DNA of 64,000 nt from Eledone cirrhosa (lineage: Eukaryota). This document shows, one piece after another, positions 51,697-64,000 of the stretch. The notes under the pieces were generated by a model, which was not told where the DNA came from, made no database searches, and was given only the letters and a program-made list of their open reading frames with translations. Made by a program: the position numbers and the translations under genes. Location: contig OZ024745.1 of assembly GCA_964016885.1 (NCBI GenBank), forward strand, positions 50,778,001 to 50,842,000, in the 5' to 3' direction. Position 1 is the stretch's first letter; every line of letters begins with the position of its first letter.

Positions 51697-51918
51697 GGTG
51701 CGGGTAAAATTCCCGAGATCCATGGACGAGTTCACTCCAGCGGTCTCTGTGCCTCATTATCGCTGCCATGTCCTGCGTCTCCAACAGACCAGTGTCAGTC
51801 CTTAGGGCATCAACATATGTTAACTTTGGTCTTCCTCTTCCAGTGTGTACATGGAGGGGCTCCCACAGGAGTACTGGGTGCAGTGTCAACTCTGGATGTC
51901 GGTGAGCATGTCCAGTTC
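51697..51918 (-). mobile_element. RTE/RTE-X LINE 3' fragment
   Basis: GHAHRH..LLWEP..GRP.LTYVD..M..RDRW; same family as 55755-56020. Confidence 0.8.
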
Positions 51919-52419
51919 GTGAATTTTTAACAGGCACTTACAAATAAACGTTTCTCATTGGAGGTGCTATTACCAATGTTCTTACGCGTGCAACGCCGGG
52001 ATACACTGCTAGTATATATATATATAGTTTGAGTGTGTGTATGTGTGTGTTTGTTTATATATATGTATGAAAGTATGTATGCATGCACATGTATAATGTC
52101 ATATCTTTCGTATTATATTCTTAAATCAAATAATTTAATAGTGGATAAACATCAGCGATATATATCAGTTCATGTATATTCACAACACGTTTTATAATTG
52201 GTTCATGAATGTCAATTCTTAACGAATTTTTCGCTTCATCTGAAGTGAAAAGAGAGAAGAAACGTATTTTTCAACATTAGGTAGACTATGCACTAGATAT
52301 TATAACCACAATAACACAATACAAGATATTGGCATGTAAATATTTAGTGACGTACAGTCAACAGTAGGCTGGATGTATCACTTTTGCATAGATTGTCAAT
52401 AGAATAATTTTTAGGAAGA

Positions 52420-55010
52420 GGCTATATAGCCGGTAAGAGTGTCAGAGAATTCCGTGTAGTAGATATAGAGAGGGCGAGAGTTTAATTGTGTTAATTGATA
52501 TATATAGAGGGAATGGAAGAGAGTAGTGTGTCGTAGACATAAAGAGTGGAGAGAGATTGATGTTTATTGATATAGAGAGGGGTATTGTAAGAGAGTTTGG
52601 TGCTAATTGATATAGAGAGGGGGAATGGAAGAGAGTACCGTGTAATAGATATAGAGAGAGTTTGGTGTTAATTGATACAGAGAGGTGGATTGGAAGAGAG
52701 TATAAGGGGGGGGGAGAGTATGTTTTATGGTTGATTTAGAGAGGGTAGAGTTTGGTGGTAACGAATAGAGTGAGAGTTTGATAGAGACAGGTATTCATAA
52801 ATATAGTGAGGGAGAGAGTTTGGTAGCGATGGATAGAGTGAGTGTTCTATGGTAGATATAGAGAGGGGAGAATTTAGTAAGTAGCCGTAATTTAAAATAT
52901 TGTAAGGTGCAGTTCTGAAAAATAGTGTAATCATCTGTTATTTTTAATCCAGTCTTTGTGGTTGTACCAGGGCTGCTCAGTTAGTAAAGTCTCTATATAA
53001 ACATTTTTTCTTCATTAAGATTGTGATGTATTCTCGAATTGCATTAAACACCAACTGTATATAATATCTAATCTATTGATCTAGAATGTAGAAATAAACT
53101 GTAACATGTAAAACAGCTATGAATGATACATAAGAGAATGTAAGAAATGTTGGATTGTTATATGTTATTGAATGTATGAGTGATACCAAATATGTTGTTT
53201 TTTTTTCTTTTATGAATAAATCTCCAAAACAATTTTTGTTTCATTTAATGTCTTATTTTGGTGTTGAAGATTAATATCTTAATGTGCGTGTATGTATGGG
53301 GAGAGGGGGGGGGGGGGGGCGTGATGGTAAAATATAGTTTTGGGGTCCCCAGTGTTTGGAAAATTGTAGAACAACAAAATTAGTTTGGTAACCAATGCAT
53401 TAAAAAAATTTCAATAACTCCAGCTTGAAGTCGGATATTTTGTCGACAGATCTTATGAGGTCTGTCGAAAAAGTATCCGACAGACAAATATGAGGGACAG
53501 TTCAACAACTCGAGAGCTTAAACCAAAGTAAACAAAAAGGGAAAAATATTATGTGCTGGACAAAATATATACACAAGAACATTAAAAATACATTTCATTC
53601 ACCCCAAATTGCTGACCCTGTGGCAATCTTAAGAAAAGAAAATGTACAAATAGCGTAATATTCCACAGTCCCATTTACACTTAATGGATTCAGCATGGTA
53701 CAGGGTGTAACAAGGCTGGTCCTTTGAATTGCACGTACAACTCGTTTTTGTCAGCAGTGAACACACACACAGATATACATTTTTTGTGTGCTTGTTACAA
53801 TATAAAGTTATACAAAACCCCAAAATAAACAAGACAAAATAAAAAAAAACAGCTAAAAAAAATAACAAAAATAAAAAAATAAAAACATTTATTGATTAAA
53901 GGACATAATACATGTAGTAAAGCCAAATATATTTTACATATTGGATTACGGACTTCAAGTTCCGTCTTTTGCGGTTCATTCAATATATGATAGTATTTGA
54001 AATACTAGATGAATAAGCCGCCACAAAGAGGTAACTTGAATTCCCATTCAATACAATATATATTATTTTTTACCCTGTAGCGTGTTCGCATTGAAGTTCT
54101 TATGTACATAATATGTTTTCTTTATTCTATACGTTTTTTTATGTCGATTGTTTTCGTGTTGGTTTATGTTTGTAATTGTAAATTTTGTATAGTATGTCGA
54201 CCATGGTTCAAGTTTCGTTTAAAGTCACTTACTTTATCTTGATAACTATACAGGGTGCCCCCCGCAAAAAAAAAAAAAAAAATATATATATACACACACT
54301 TCAACAGCATTCTAATAAATATTGCTACACTAATAATTGTTTCTACTTTGGGCACAAGGCCAGCTATTACCCAATGCATTACTGGTACTTTATTTTATCC
54401 ACCCGGTAAGGATTTGTGTTAATTGATACAGAGAGGTGGATTGGAAGAGAGTATAAGGAGGGGGAGAATTTGGTGTTAATTGATATAGAGAGGGGGATAG
54501 GGAGAGTATGTTGTATGGTTGATTTAGAGAGGGGTAGAGTTTGGTGGTAACGAATAGAGTGAGAGTTTAATAGACATAGGTATTCATAAATATAGTGAGG
54601 GAGAGAGTTTGGTAGCGATGGATAGAGTGAGAGGGAATGAGAGAAAGTGTTGTATGGTAGATATAGAGAGGAGGATAGTTTGGTGGTAATTGATATAGAG
54701 AGGGGGATAATTTGGTGGTTGTAGACATACAGAGATGGATAATGGGAGAGTGTCGTGTAGTAGATATAGAAAGGGTGAGAATTTAGGGGTGATTGATTTA
54801 CAGAGGGTGATTGGGAGAGATAAGTGTAGATATTTATGGAGAGTGAGAGAGAGTATTAGTGTTAGATATAGAGATTGGGATAAGGGAGGTGGTGTCGTGG
54901 TAGATATAGAGAGGGGTAGAGTTTGGTTTTAGTAGATACATAGAGGGGGATTAAAAGAGAGTTTTATGTGATAGACATAGAGAGGAGGAGAGTTTGGTGG
55001 CACTCTCGAG
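52420..55010. repeat. Two blocks of degenerate GA-rich minisatellite (52420-52880 and 54415-55010)
   Basis: Repeated tagatatagagaggggg..gagtttggtg units; 52660-52870 is nearly duplicated at 54415-54670. Confidence 0.75.
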
Positions 55011-55198
55011 TCTCACATATTAGGAGGGGCTTTGGGATATCAGTAATTGTATAGTGTACGTTCTAAAATATGGGATTTCTTGTAATGTTCTTTTGTTACA
55101 TATAATGTTTTTTAATGTAAAATAAAATAATTATTAGATTCTCCATCTACTGTATCAATATAAATCACTTACAAATAAAATGTCGCCGGGTATATATA

Positions 55199-55503
55199 TA
55201 TTGTTATACTTGGTGAGGGTCATATTGTTGTAATAATATTGCCAGAAATAATAACAGATCACACTCACTGTTTGGTTGGTTTTCGCTTCTGCATTTTTTA
55301 TATCTCCACAATAATTTATTTGGCAATCAATGTTTATCATCGACTGACCAACGGTTAAAATACAGATATAAATATATATATATAGTCTAACATTAGACTA
55401 TATATATATATATATTTATATCTGTATTTTTAACATTTGGTCAGTCAATGATAAACATTGATTGCCAAATAAATTAACTATGGAGATATAAAAGATGCAG
55501 AAG
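55199..55503 (-). mobile_element. PLE 3' UTR fragment with about 105-bp fold-back
   Basis: Homologous to 13370-13550; inverted repeat 55287-55503 centred on agtctaa-cat-tagact. Confidence 0.8.
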
Positions 55504-55716
55504 TATAACAATATTTGTTTCGACATACGATTTCATATAAAAAACCTCGCAAAACAAATTCATCGCCGTCATATATATATATATATGCTATTAAGTTAGA
55601 CATGGCCTGGGCCAATACTGGCCGAAACCTATCAAAGTTATATATATATTAGTACAGATTAAGGTGTAAGCAAAGAATTTCTGATTTTAGCCTATTACGG
55701 GATCTTTTGAAACTAA

Positions 55717-55754
<38 letters not shown>

Positions 55755-55756
<2 letters not shown>

Positions 55757-56020
55757 AAGGCGGATAAAATTCCCGAGATCCATGGACGAGTTCTCTCCAG
55801 CGGTCTCTGTCCCTCATTATCGCTGCCATGTCCTGCGTCTCCAACAGACCAGTGTCTGTCCTTAGGGCATCAACATACGTTAACCTTGGTCTTCCTCTTC
55901 TAGTGTGTCCATGTAGGGGCTCCCAAAGGAGCACTGAGTGCAATGTGAACTCTGGATGTCGATGAGCATGTCCAGTTAACCTCAGTCTCCTCTGTATCAC
56001 TTTTGAGCTGACTTTTGGGA
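55755..56020 (-). mobile_element. RTE/RTE-X LINE 3' fragment between (TA)n tracts
   Basis: IQRRLRLTGHAHRH..GRPRLTYVD..DRDRWRELV. Confidence 0.85.
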
Positions 56021-56057
56021 TATATATGCCTCTTCATATATATATATATATATATGT

Positions 56058-56638
56058 AAGACTACTGAAGAGGACATTTTAACCCTTGTCTATTTTTATT
56101 CATATATTCATGTTCGCAACAACGTAGCACGCAATTTTTCATTCACATAATTTTTCCCTTCGCTGTGGTTCGTATATTTCCTGTTACCTTATTGCTATCA
56201 TCCCTTCTCTCTCCTTCACCTCTTGCCTTCCTCAACTCCTGCTGCTGGTCACTCACTCTCGGCTGGTCCTTCCTCCCACTTTCACTCACTCATTCTCTGC
56301 TTCTCCCCACTCTCACTTCCTCCCGTCTGACCTGCTTGAATTTCTTTCCTCTCTCAATCTTCTCGCAGCTCGGACGTGTCTATTTTTTCTCGTCAATTTG
56401 ATATGTCGGGCTTATGCCCACGTGATTCATTGACTTGTCTCTATTTTTCCTCTCTTTTCGTTGCATACCACCATGTGTTTGTTTTCTTCCCTCCGTTTTC
56501 CCACTGTCCCGATAACTTAATTGAGTTATTGCTCGCACTGATTTTAGGTATATAGTCTTTAATGCGTCGAAATACCAACGATAAATTAGAAGACTACTGA
56601 AGAGGACATTTTAACTCTTGTCTATTTTTATTCATATA
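56058..56638 (+). mobile_element. Retrozyme-like element: 532-nt unit with 49-nt terminal direct repeat, in (TA)n
   Basis: 56058-56106 repeats at 56590-56638; homologous to 40376-40985. Confidence 0.78.
56547..56607 (+). ncRNA. Candidate non-circularly permuted hammerhead ribozyme
   Basis: ggta TA tagtctt (56547-59), gtc GAAA tacc (56566-76), aagacta CTGAAGA ggac (56590-607); stems I and III pair perfectly. Confidence 0.7.
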
Positions 56639-57357
56639 TATATATATACTCATTGACACTAACTATAGATGGAAGTAATTCTAAACGTAGATTGCTGGTA
56701 AATTCATCTCTAGATCGACCAAATGCCATAGATATTAAAAACAAATGCAAATAAATATATATATATATATAAACGCGGTTTTTAGTTTATTGTAAAAAAG
56801 AGGATCCAATATCATTATTTGAATTTTAGAATCCATTTAACTGTTTGTGTTTGCGATGAGGCTACTTACAGATGTCACCCGACTGTATTCGAAAAGTCCT
56901 GCCAAATCTACAAAAACAAGGTATTAAGAGCACATGAATGCCACGTGTTTGTTGTGATAGACAACAGCCGGCGACGTACTGTGGCGTCGTCAACACGTCT
57001 TGTCCATTTTGGAAAAATATACGAAGTTAAAACTAATGGTGTTAACAGAAACTGTCTCAATTACATCTGTTAATTTTTTATCTACTGTTTACTGCTAGCA
57101 ACGCTCATTCCTCACCTTTTACAATTTCGTTACCAGTCAAAAAGTGGTACAAATAAAATACAAAAACACTAACAAATCAACGAACAAGGAAAAAATTTGT
57201 TTAAGCAGACATATATGTCACCAAGGAATTATTGATGTACCTACTTATGTGCATAAGTGTAGGGTGACGATGTGCATGCATATATTTCTTTATATTTTAT
57301 AGTGGTTGAACCCGACATATACACACACATATGAATGAAAAGATGCAATCACACCTA

Positions 57358-57868
<511 letters not shown>

Positions 57869-57954
57869 TTTGATAAAATATATCGAAACAATAACAGTCA
57901 TTAACGTGATTTTACCTAAACCTAAATCGTTTTATATTTACAGTAATTAAATAA

Positions 57955-58380
57955 TGATACCACAAGGCCCCCAATTTGTGGTGAGGGGAAAATCGATTAT
58001 CTCGACAGCAGTACAAGGCTCGTACTTTATTTTATCGACCGCGGAAGGACGAAAGGGAAAGTTGGCATGGGTAGGATTTGAACTCAGAGAGTAAAAAGTC
58101 AGAACAAATGCTGTTACACTTTTGTCCCACGCTCTTCCGCTCTTACACCGCCCTTAACATTGATTTCTATTTTTGGTATAAGGCCATCAAATATTTGGGG
58201 AATGGTAAAGTTGAATAAATCAACCCCAGTACTTGACTGGCACTTTATTTCATCGACCCCCGCAAAGACGAAAGGCACAGTTGACCTCAACGAGATTTGA
58301 ACTCAGAATGTAAAGAGCCAGAACAAAATCGATAATTATATTTTATCAGACGCTCCACTGATTCTGCCAATTCACCAGTC
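57955..58380 (-). mobile_element. Two tandem diverged Meta-domain SINEs
   Basis: Two successive copies of tactttatt..atcgacc..gaaagg..gatttgaactcag. Confidence 0.8.
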
Positions 58381-60114
58381 TACAATAATTCGATAATTAA
58401 AATAAAAAAGTTATTTCTTGATATTTCCATGTCGTGTTTTACTTCAAAGCTTTTAAAATGATATTAACTGCTTTATTCATATTCAAATTTGTTACAAAAC
58501 TTTATAACATTCTATTAAAATAAATAGGTTTTATTATGTCATTATAGTATCTATCAAATTTTGTACTCCATGATGTGGAATATATTAGTTTGAAATGGAT
58601 TTGTTTGACATTTACTACCACAATGACCTACTACGAAGGAGGTATAGATATTTAAGAAGGTTAGATATTTAATATCGAAATTGAAGGAATCTGAGTAATT
58701 TAATTTAAATGAACGCTTTGTAAAAAATATATTTGAGGAGCAGACAAGAAACTGGCAGTAGAATTATGAGGAAATACCCATGCAATATATATTCCAGCTC
58801 TTTCCATGTCGAGTTCAAATCCTGCCGAGGCCAAATATAATTTTTTTCCTTTCGGTGCCGGTAAATAAAGAACCTGTCTTCGGCGTCAAACTGGCAAAGG
58901 CATTTGAGCGTCGCATAGGATACTTTGTGGTATTTGTTCCGGCGTTTTCCGTTTTCATTTGAAATCCCACTGTGGCCTACTTGGGCGATAGACTTAATCG
59001 GTCACCTGGTTTAACAGTCCCATCTAGCTTACGGGTACCTTTAACAGAGTCCTCTCTAATATAAGCATTCATGTTAAGCCTCCAGTTTAAGGATACGACT
59101 CTTCCTCCTTCCAATTAGATCTTGAATAGAGTCATGAGCATCGCCCCCAAATCTCTTGGATAACCGATGAAAAAACCCCCACAATTCACCTCCCTACAAC
59201 TCTGAATATTATTAAAAACCAACAACTGCTAGAATAGCACCCAAGCTTCTTATAAAATATGCGCTACAAATATAAATAAAGGAAACTTGATAACAAAAAT
59301 GGGAAGGGTCCTTAACTCGAGTAAATCGTCTTATACTGGTTGTTTTAAGCCTGGCAAAGTATCTCTCACTAAGACTGAACAGAGCCGATTTCACCCAGGG
59401 AAGAAGAAGAGAGAGAGCGGTAAAATGATTGACCACAGTACTGGACTGGTATTTTATTCATCGACCTCGAAAGGCAAAGTTTACCTCGGCCAGAATTGAA
59501 CTCGGAGAGTGGTGAACCGGAACAAATACTGAGACATTTATATGGATGTTCTAAGCTTCATGAGAAAATATAATACATGGACATTTCATTTTAGAAAGAG
59601 GGATATAGATGTAGATAGCGCATGATTATTGATAGAAAAATTTAAATTGATGTCTGAGACAAAGCGACTGATCTCCCCCCACCCCCAGAAGGAAATCAAA
59701 TAAATTAAGAATATATTTTGTATGACATTCAGTACACCAGTCTTCAACATGATTATCCGAATTTATGTTAACGGGGAAATTCAGGTATTTCTATAAGCTC
59801 TCAATATTTCTAAGTATGTATACTATCTTTGACCAATATATATATATATATATATATATATCCTATTTATTTTTATACGTAAACAAATAATTACTAATTT
59901 ACAAGTACAGTTAGATTGTAGTATACTGGTGATGTTAAATAGACAGGAACATACGCCTACAGATATCTCGTGCTTCCTAAATTTCTTGCGATTGTCTCCT
60001 TTTATTATCCGGAATAACTAAATATTGCAACTCGGCTTTTGTTTTTTAACTTCAACTGAGAGGGAAGTTTTAAACAAATAAGAATTTATTATTCTGTATG
60101 GCATTCAATACTAA

Positions 60115-60441
60115 CTAACTGGAACTACGTCAGTTATGACGACGAGCGTTCTAGTTGATCCGATCAGCAAAACAACCAGCTCATGAAAATAATGTGCAAG
60201 TGGCTGAGCATTCTACAAACACGCGTATCCTTCACGTACTTCTTGGGGAAATTCAGCGTGACACAGAATGTGACAGGGCTAGCCCTTCGAATTATAGGTA
60301 CAACTCATTTTTGACAGTTGAGTGGACTGGAGCAACATGTAATAAAGTGTTTTGCTCAAGAACAAAACGCGCCGCCGGGAATCGAACTCACGACCTTACG
60401 ATTGTGAACCGAATACCCTAGCCACAAAGCCATGCGCCTTC
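60115..60441 (-). mobile_element. tRNA-derived CORE-type SINE
   Basis: TGGCTTTGTGG A-box, GAGTTCGATTCC B-box, TGTTCTTGAGCAAAACACTT CORE-like segment. Confidence 0.8.
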
Positions 60442-61017
60442 ACTATGGCATTCAGTACATCACACTTTAACCTAATTATTCAAATTCATACTACTGGCCC
60501 GCTTGAGCAATTTCTTTTATCTTTTTCTCTCTCTCACCCCCACCCCCCACACACACTCACACTCACTCAGTCACTCACTCTCACACACCAACACACTCTG
60601 TATATACATACATATAATTATTTTCCCGAATACATTAAGGAACATTCTTTCAACTCAATAAAAAGCAGCTTAATTATGTTGAAAATCAAATATCAACATA
60701 CTTTGAAATCTTTAAATTAAAACGAAATTAATTAGATTATTTCCAGAGTAAAACATGGAATTTAATGATACACTCTGTTGAATAGCAGTGCCCCGATTTA
60801 TAACGGATGTAATGGTATATTTGCTCTAAAGTACTATTTATGACCTCTGATACTTAGTATACGGGTCCCATGTACGATGTATTTGGGGTTACATAAGTAC
60901 CATCTACACAAGAAAGGAAAATACCTCATTATTTGTAAAATTATACCCCCTACTGCTATATTGGTTTAATTGACCGATGCACCAATGCTAGAAATCAACA
61001 TTACATTTCTGCTAACA

Positions 61018-63323
61018 GATGCTAACGTCTGATAAGATGCTAACGTCTAATAAGATGCTAACATCTAATAAGATGCTAACGTCTAATAAGATGCTAACGT
61101 CTAATAAGATGCTAACATCTAATAAGATGCTAACGTCTAATAAGATGCTAACGTCTAATAAGATGCTAACGTCTAATAAGATGCTAACGTCTGATAAGAT
61201 GCTAACGTCTAATAAGATGCTAACGTCTAATAAGATGCTAACATCTAATAAGATGCTAACGTCTAATAAGATGCTAACGTCTAATAAGATGCTAACGTCT
61301 AATAAGATGCTAACGTCTAATACGATGCTAACATCTAATAAGATGCTAACGTCTAATAAGATGCTAACGTCTAATAAGATGCTAACATCTAATAAGATGC
61401 TAACGTCTAATAAGATGCTAGCGTCTAATAAGATGCTAACGTCTAATAAGATGCTAACGTCTAATAAGATGCTAACGTCTAATAAGATGCTAACACCTAA
61501 TAAGATGCTAACGTCTAATAAGATGCTAACACCTAATAAGATGCTAACGTCTAATAAGATGCTAACGTCTAATAAGATGCTAACGTCTAATAAGATGCTA
61601 ACGTCTAATAAGATGCTAACACCTAATAAGATGCTAACGTCTAATAAGATGCTAACGTCTAATAAGATGCTAACATCTAATAAGATGCTAACGTCTAATA
61701 AGATGCTAACGTCTAATAAGATGCTAACGTCTAATAAGATGCTAACGTCTAATAAGATGTTAACGTCTAATAAGATGCTAACGTCTAATAAGATGCTAAC
61801 ACCTAATAAGATGCTAACGTCTAATAAGATGCTAACGTCTAATAAGATGCTAACGTCTAATAAGATGCTAACGTCTAATAAGATGCTAACGTCTAATAAG
61901 ATGCTAACGTCTAATAAGATGCTAACATCTAATAAGATGCTAACGTCTAATAAGATGCTAACGTCTAATAAAATGCTAACATCTAATAAGATGCTAACGT
62001 CTAATAAGATGCTAACGTCTAATAAGATGCTAACATCTAATAAGATGCTAACGTCTAATAAGATGCTAACGTCTAATAAGATGCTAGCGTCTAATAAGAT
62101 GCTAACATCTAATAAGATGCTAACGTCTAATAAGATGCTAACGTCTAATAAGATGCTAACGTCTAATAAGATGCTAACGTCTAATAAGATGCTAACGTCT
62201 AATAAGTTGCTAACATCTAATAAGATGCTAACGTCTAATAAGATGCTAACATCTAATAAGATGCTAACGTCTAATAAGATGCTAACGTCTAATAAGATGC
62301 TAACGTCTAATAAGATGCTAACGTCTAATAAGATGCTAACGTCTAATAAGATGCTAATTTCTAATAAGATGCTAACGTCTAATAAGATGCTAACATCTAA
62401 TAAGATGCTAACATCTAATAAGATGCTAACGTCTAATAAGATGCTAACATCTAAGATGCTAACGTCTAATAAGATGCTAACGTCTAATAAGATGCTAACG
62501 TCTAATAAGATGCTAACATCTAATAAGATGCTAACGTCTAATAAGATGCTAACGTCTAATAAGATGCTAACGTCTAATAAGATGCTAACATCTAATAAGA
62601 TGCTAACGTCTAATAAGATGCTAACGTCTAATAAGATGCTAACGTCTAATAAGATGCTAACATCTAATAAGATGCTAACGTCTAATAAGATGCTAACGTC
62701 TAATAAGATGCTAACATCTAATAAGATGCTAACGTCTAATAAGATGCTAACATCTAATAAGATGCAAACATCTAATAAGATGCTAGCATCTAATAAGATG
62801 CTAACATCTAATAAGATGCTAACGTCTAATAAGATCCTAACATCTAATAAGATGCTAACATCTAATAAGATGCTAACATCTAATAAGATGCTAACGTCTA
62901 ATAAGATGCTAACATCTAATAAGATGCTAACATCTAATAAGATGCTAACGTCTAATAAGATGCTAACGTCTAATAAGATGCTAACGTCTAATAAGATGCT
63001 AACGTCTAATAAGATGCTAACGTCTAATAAGATGCTAACGTCTAATAAGATGCTAACATCTAATAAGATGCTAACGTCTAATAAGATGCTAACGTCTAAT
63101 AAGATGCTAACATCTAATAAGATGCTAACGTCTAATAAGATGCTAACGTCTAATAAGATGCTAACATCTAATAAGATGCTAACGTCTAATAAGATGCTAA
63201 CATCTAATAAGATGCTAACATCTAATAAGATGCTAACGTCTAATAAGATGCTAACATCTAATAAGATGCTAACATCTAATAAGATGCTAACGTCTAATAA
63301 GATGCTAACATCTAATAAGATGC
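61018..63323. repeat. 18-bp tandem satellite GATGCTAAC(G/A)TCTAATAA, about 128 units
   Basis: Direct reading; gives the MLTSNK repeat ORF 61019..63331. Confidence 0.98.
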
Positions 63324-63957
63324 ATGCATAGTTTTGTAGTTAAGAAATTCGTTTCCAAATTTAAGATTTTGGTTTCAGTTCCATTAGATGGCACCATGTC
63401 TACCAAAACCTTGTAGGGGTGGTAGACGAAAAGTATATGGAAGTCCATCAAAATGTTTATCACCTGATTTAAGACCTCAACTTGACGTCTTAGGTGCCTT
63501 TAGCAGAGTCCGCTCTGTGGCAAGATCAGGCATCTTATCTCTCAACAGATTCTGAGTTCCAGTAGAAAATTTAGGGTGCTTCCTTTCTTCCCTTCACTAG
63601 TCATAAAATAAATATACAAATACATATCGACACCAAATTGAAGTAACATTCTTGGCTACTAGAACAGACATTAGTTGTCGACCTAAATTTTTTAGGATCA
63701 GTATATCCGTGATATACTCATCCTCAAAATCCTTGTATATCCGATGAAGAGTCTAAAAATTCTACAACTTTCTCAGGCGTTTCACTATATTAGATAATCT
63801 ACAATGCATTTAAGTTTTTCTTGATACAACATTCACTATATTTCATGTTTTACTTTACAAAACTCATGCTTTCAATTAAGAAGGTAATAGCGGTCAATTA
63901 TTTAATTTTGGAGTCTAGGATTGACATGCCATATATACCAGGGTTATTACATATATA

Positions 63958-64000
63958 GGGCGGTGGATTGGCAGTATCGGTAGAGAGTCGGACACCATGC
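63958..64000 (+). mobile_element. Meta-domain SINE head, cut by the window end
   Basis: gggcggtggattggcagtatcggtagagagtcggacaccatgc. Confidence 0.85.

Larger units (their letters stand above)
49942..52012 (+). mobile_element. Helitron termini enclosing nested fragments
   Basis: A|TCTACATATATATAAAACTG 5' end; 3' cgcgtgcaacgccggg..CTAG|T. Confidence 0.55.

Noticed and set aside
55587-55640. ggcca-atac-tggcc-GAAA as another hammerhead
   Set aside because: Only stem II and GAAA are present; no CUGANGA box or stem I.
60370-60441. tRNA gene (also heads at 31300-31370, 42563, 43800)
   Set aside because: A and B boxes are present but the cloverleaf is degenerate and each continues into repeat body sequence.
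61019-63331. 770-aa MLTSNK repeat ORF as a protein-coding gene, or the array as CRISPR
   Set aside because: Pure tandem satellite with no unique coding flanks; the frame is open almost by construction; no spacers and a eukaryotic context.

Overview
AT-rich, microsatellite-dense eukaryotic DNA, most likely intergenic or intronic. The SINE families and composition suggest a cephalopod (Octopus-like) genome; this is an inference. No host protein-coding gene could be supported. The window is a transposon mosaic: two decayed Penelope-like retroelements (PLEs; one Naiad-like, one Neptune-like), 3' ends of a third PLE family, three L1/Tx1-type LINE pieces, RTE-type fragments, more than a dozen tRNA-derived SINEs, Helitrons, mariner/hAT MITEs and a 2.3 kb 18-bp satellite. 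The main signal not visible in the ORF track is a dense layer of hammerhead ribozymes (HHRs): about a dozen intact or decayed minimal type I HHRs in short non-coding elements inserted at (TA)n, usually with 5' fold-back hairpins. Two related 520-532 nt terminally redundant, retrozyme-like elements (40376-40985 and 56058-56638) carry hammerhead core strands in a non-circularly permuted order (cleavage strand, then GAAA, then CUGANGA), with a compensatory double change in stem I between the copies. All structures were derived by eye and need covariance-model and biochemical checks.
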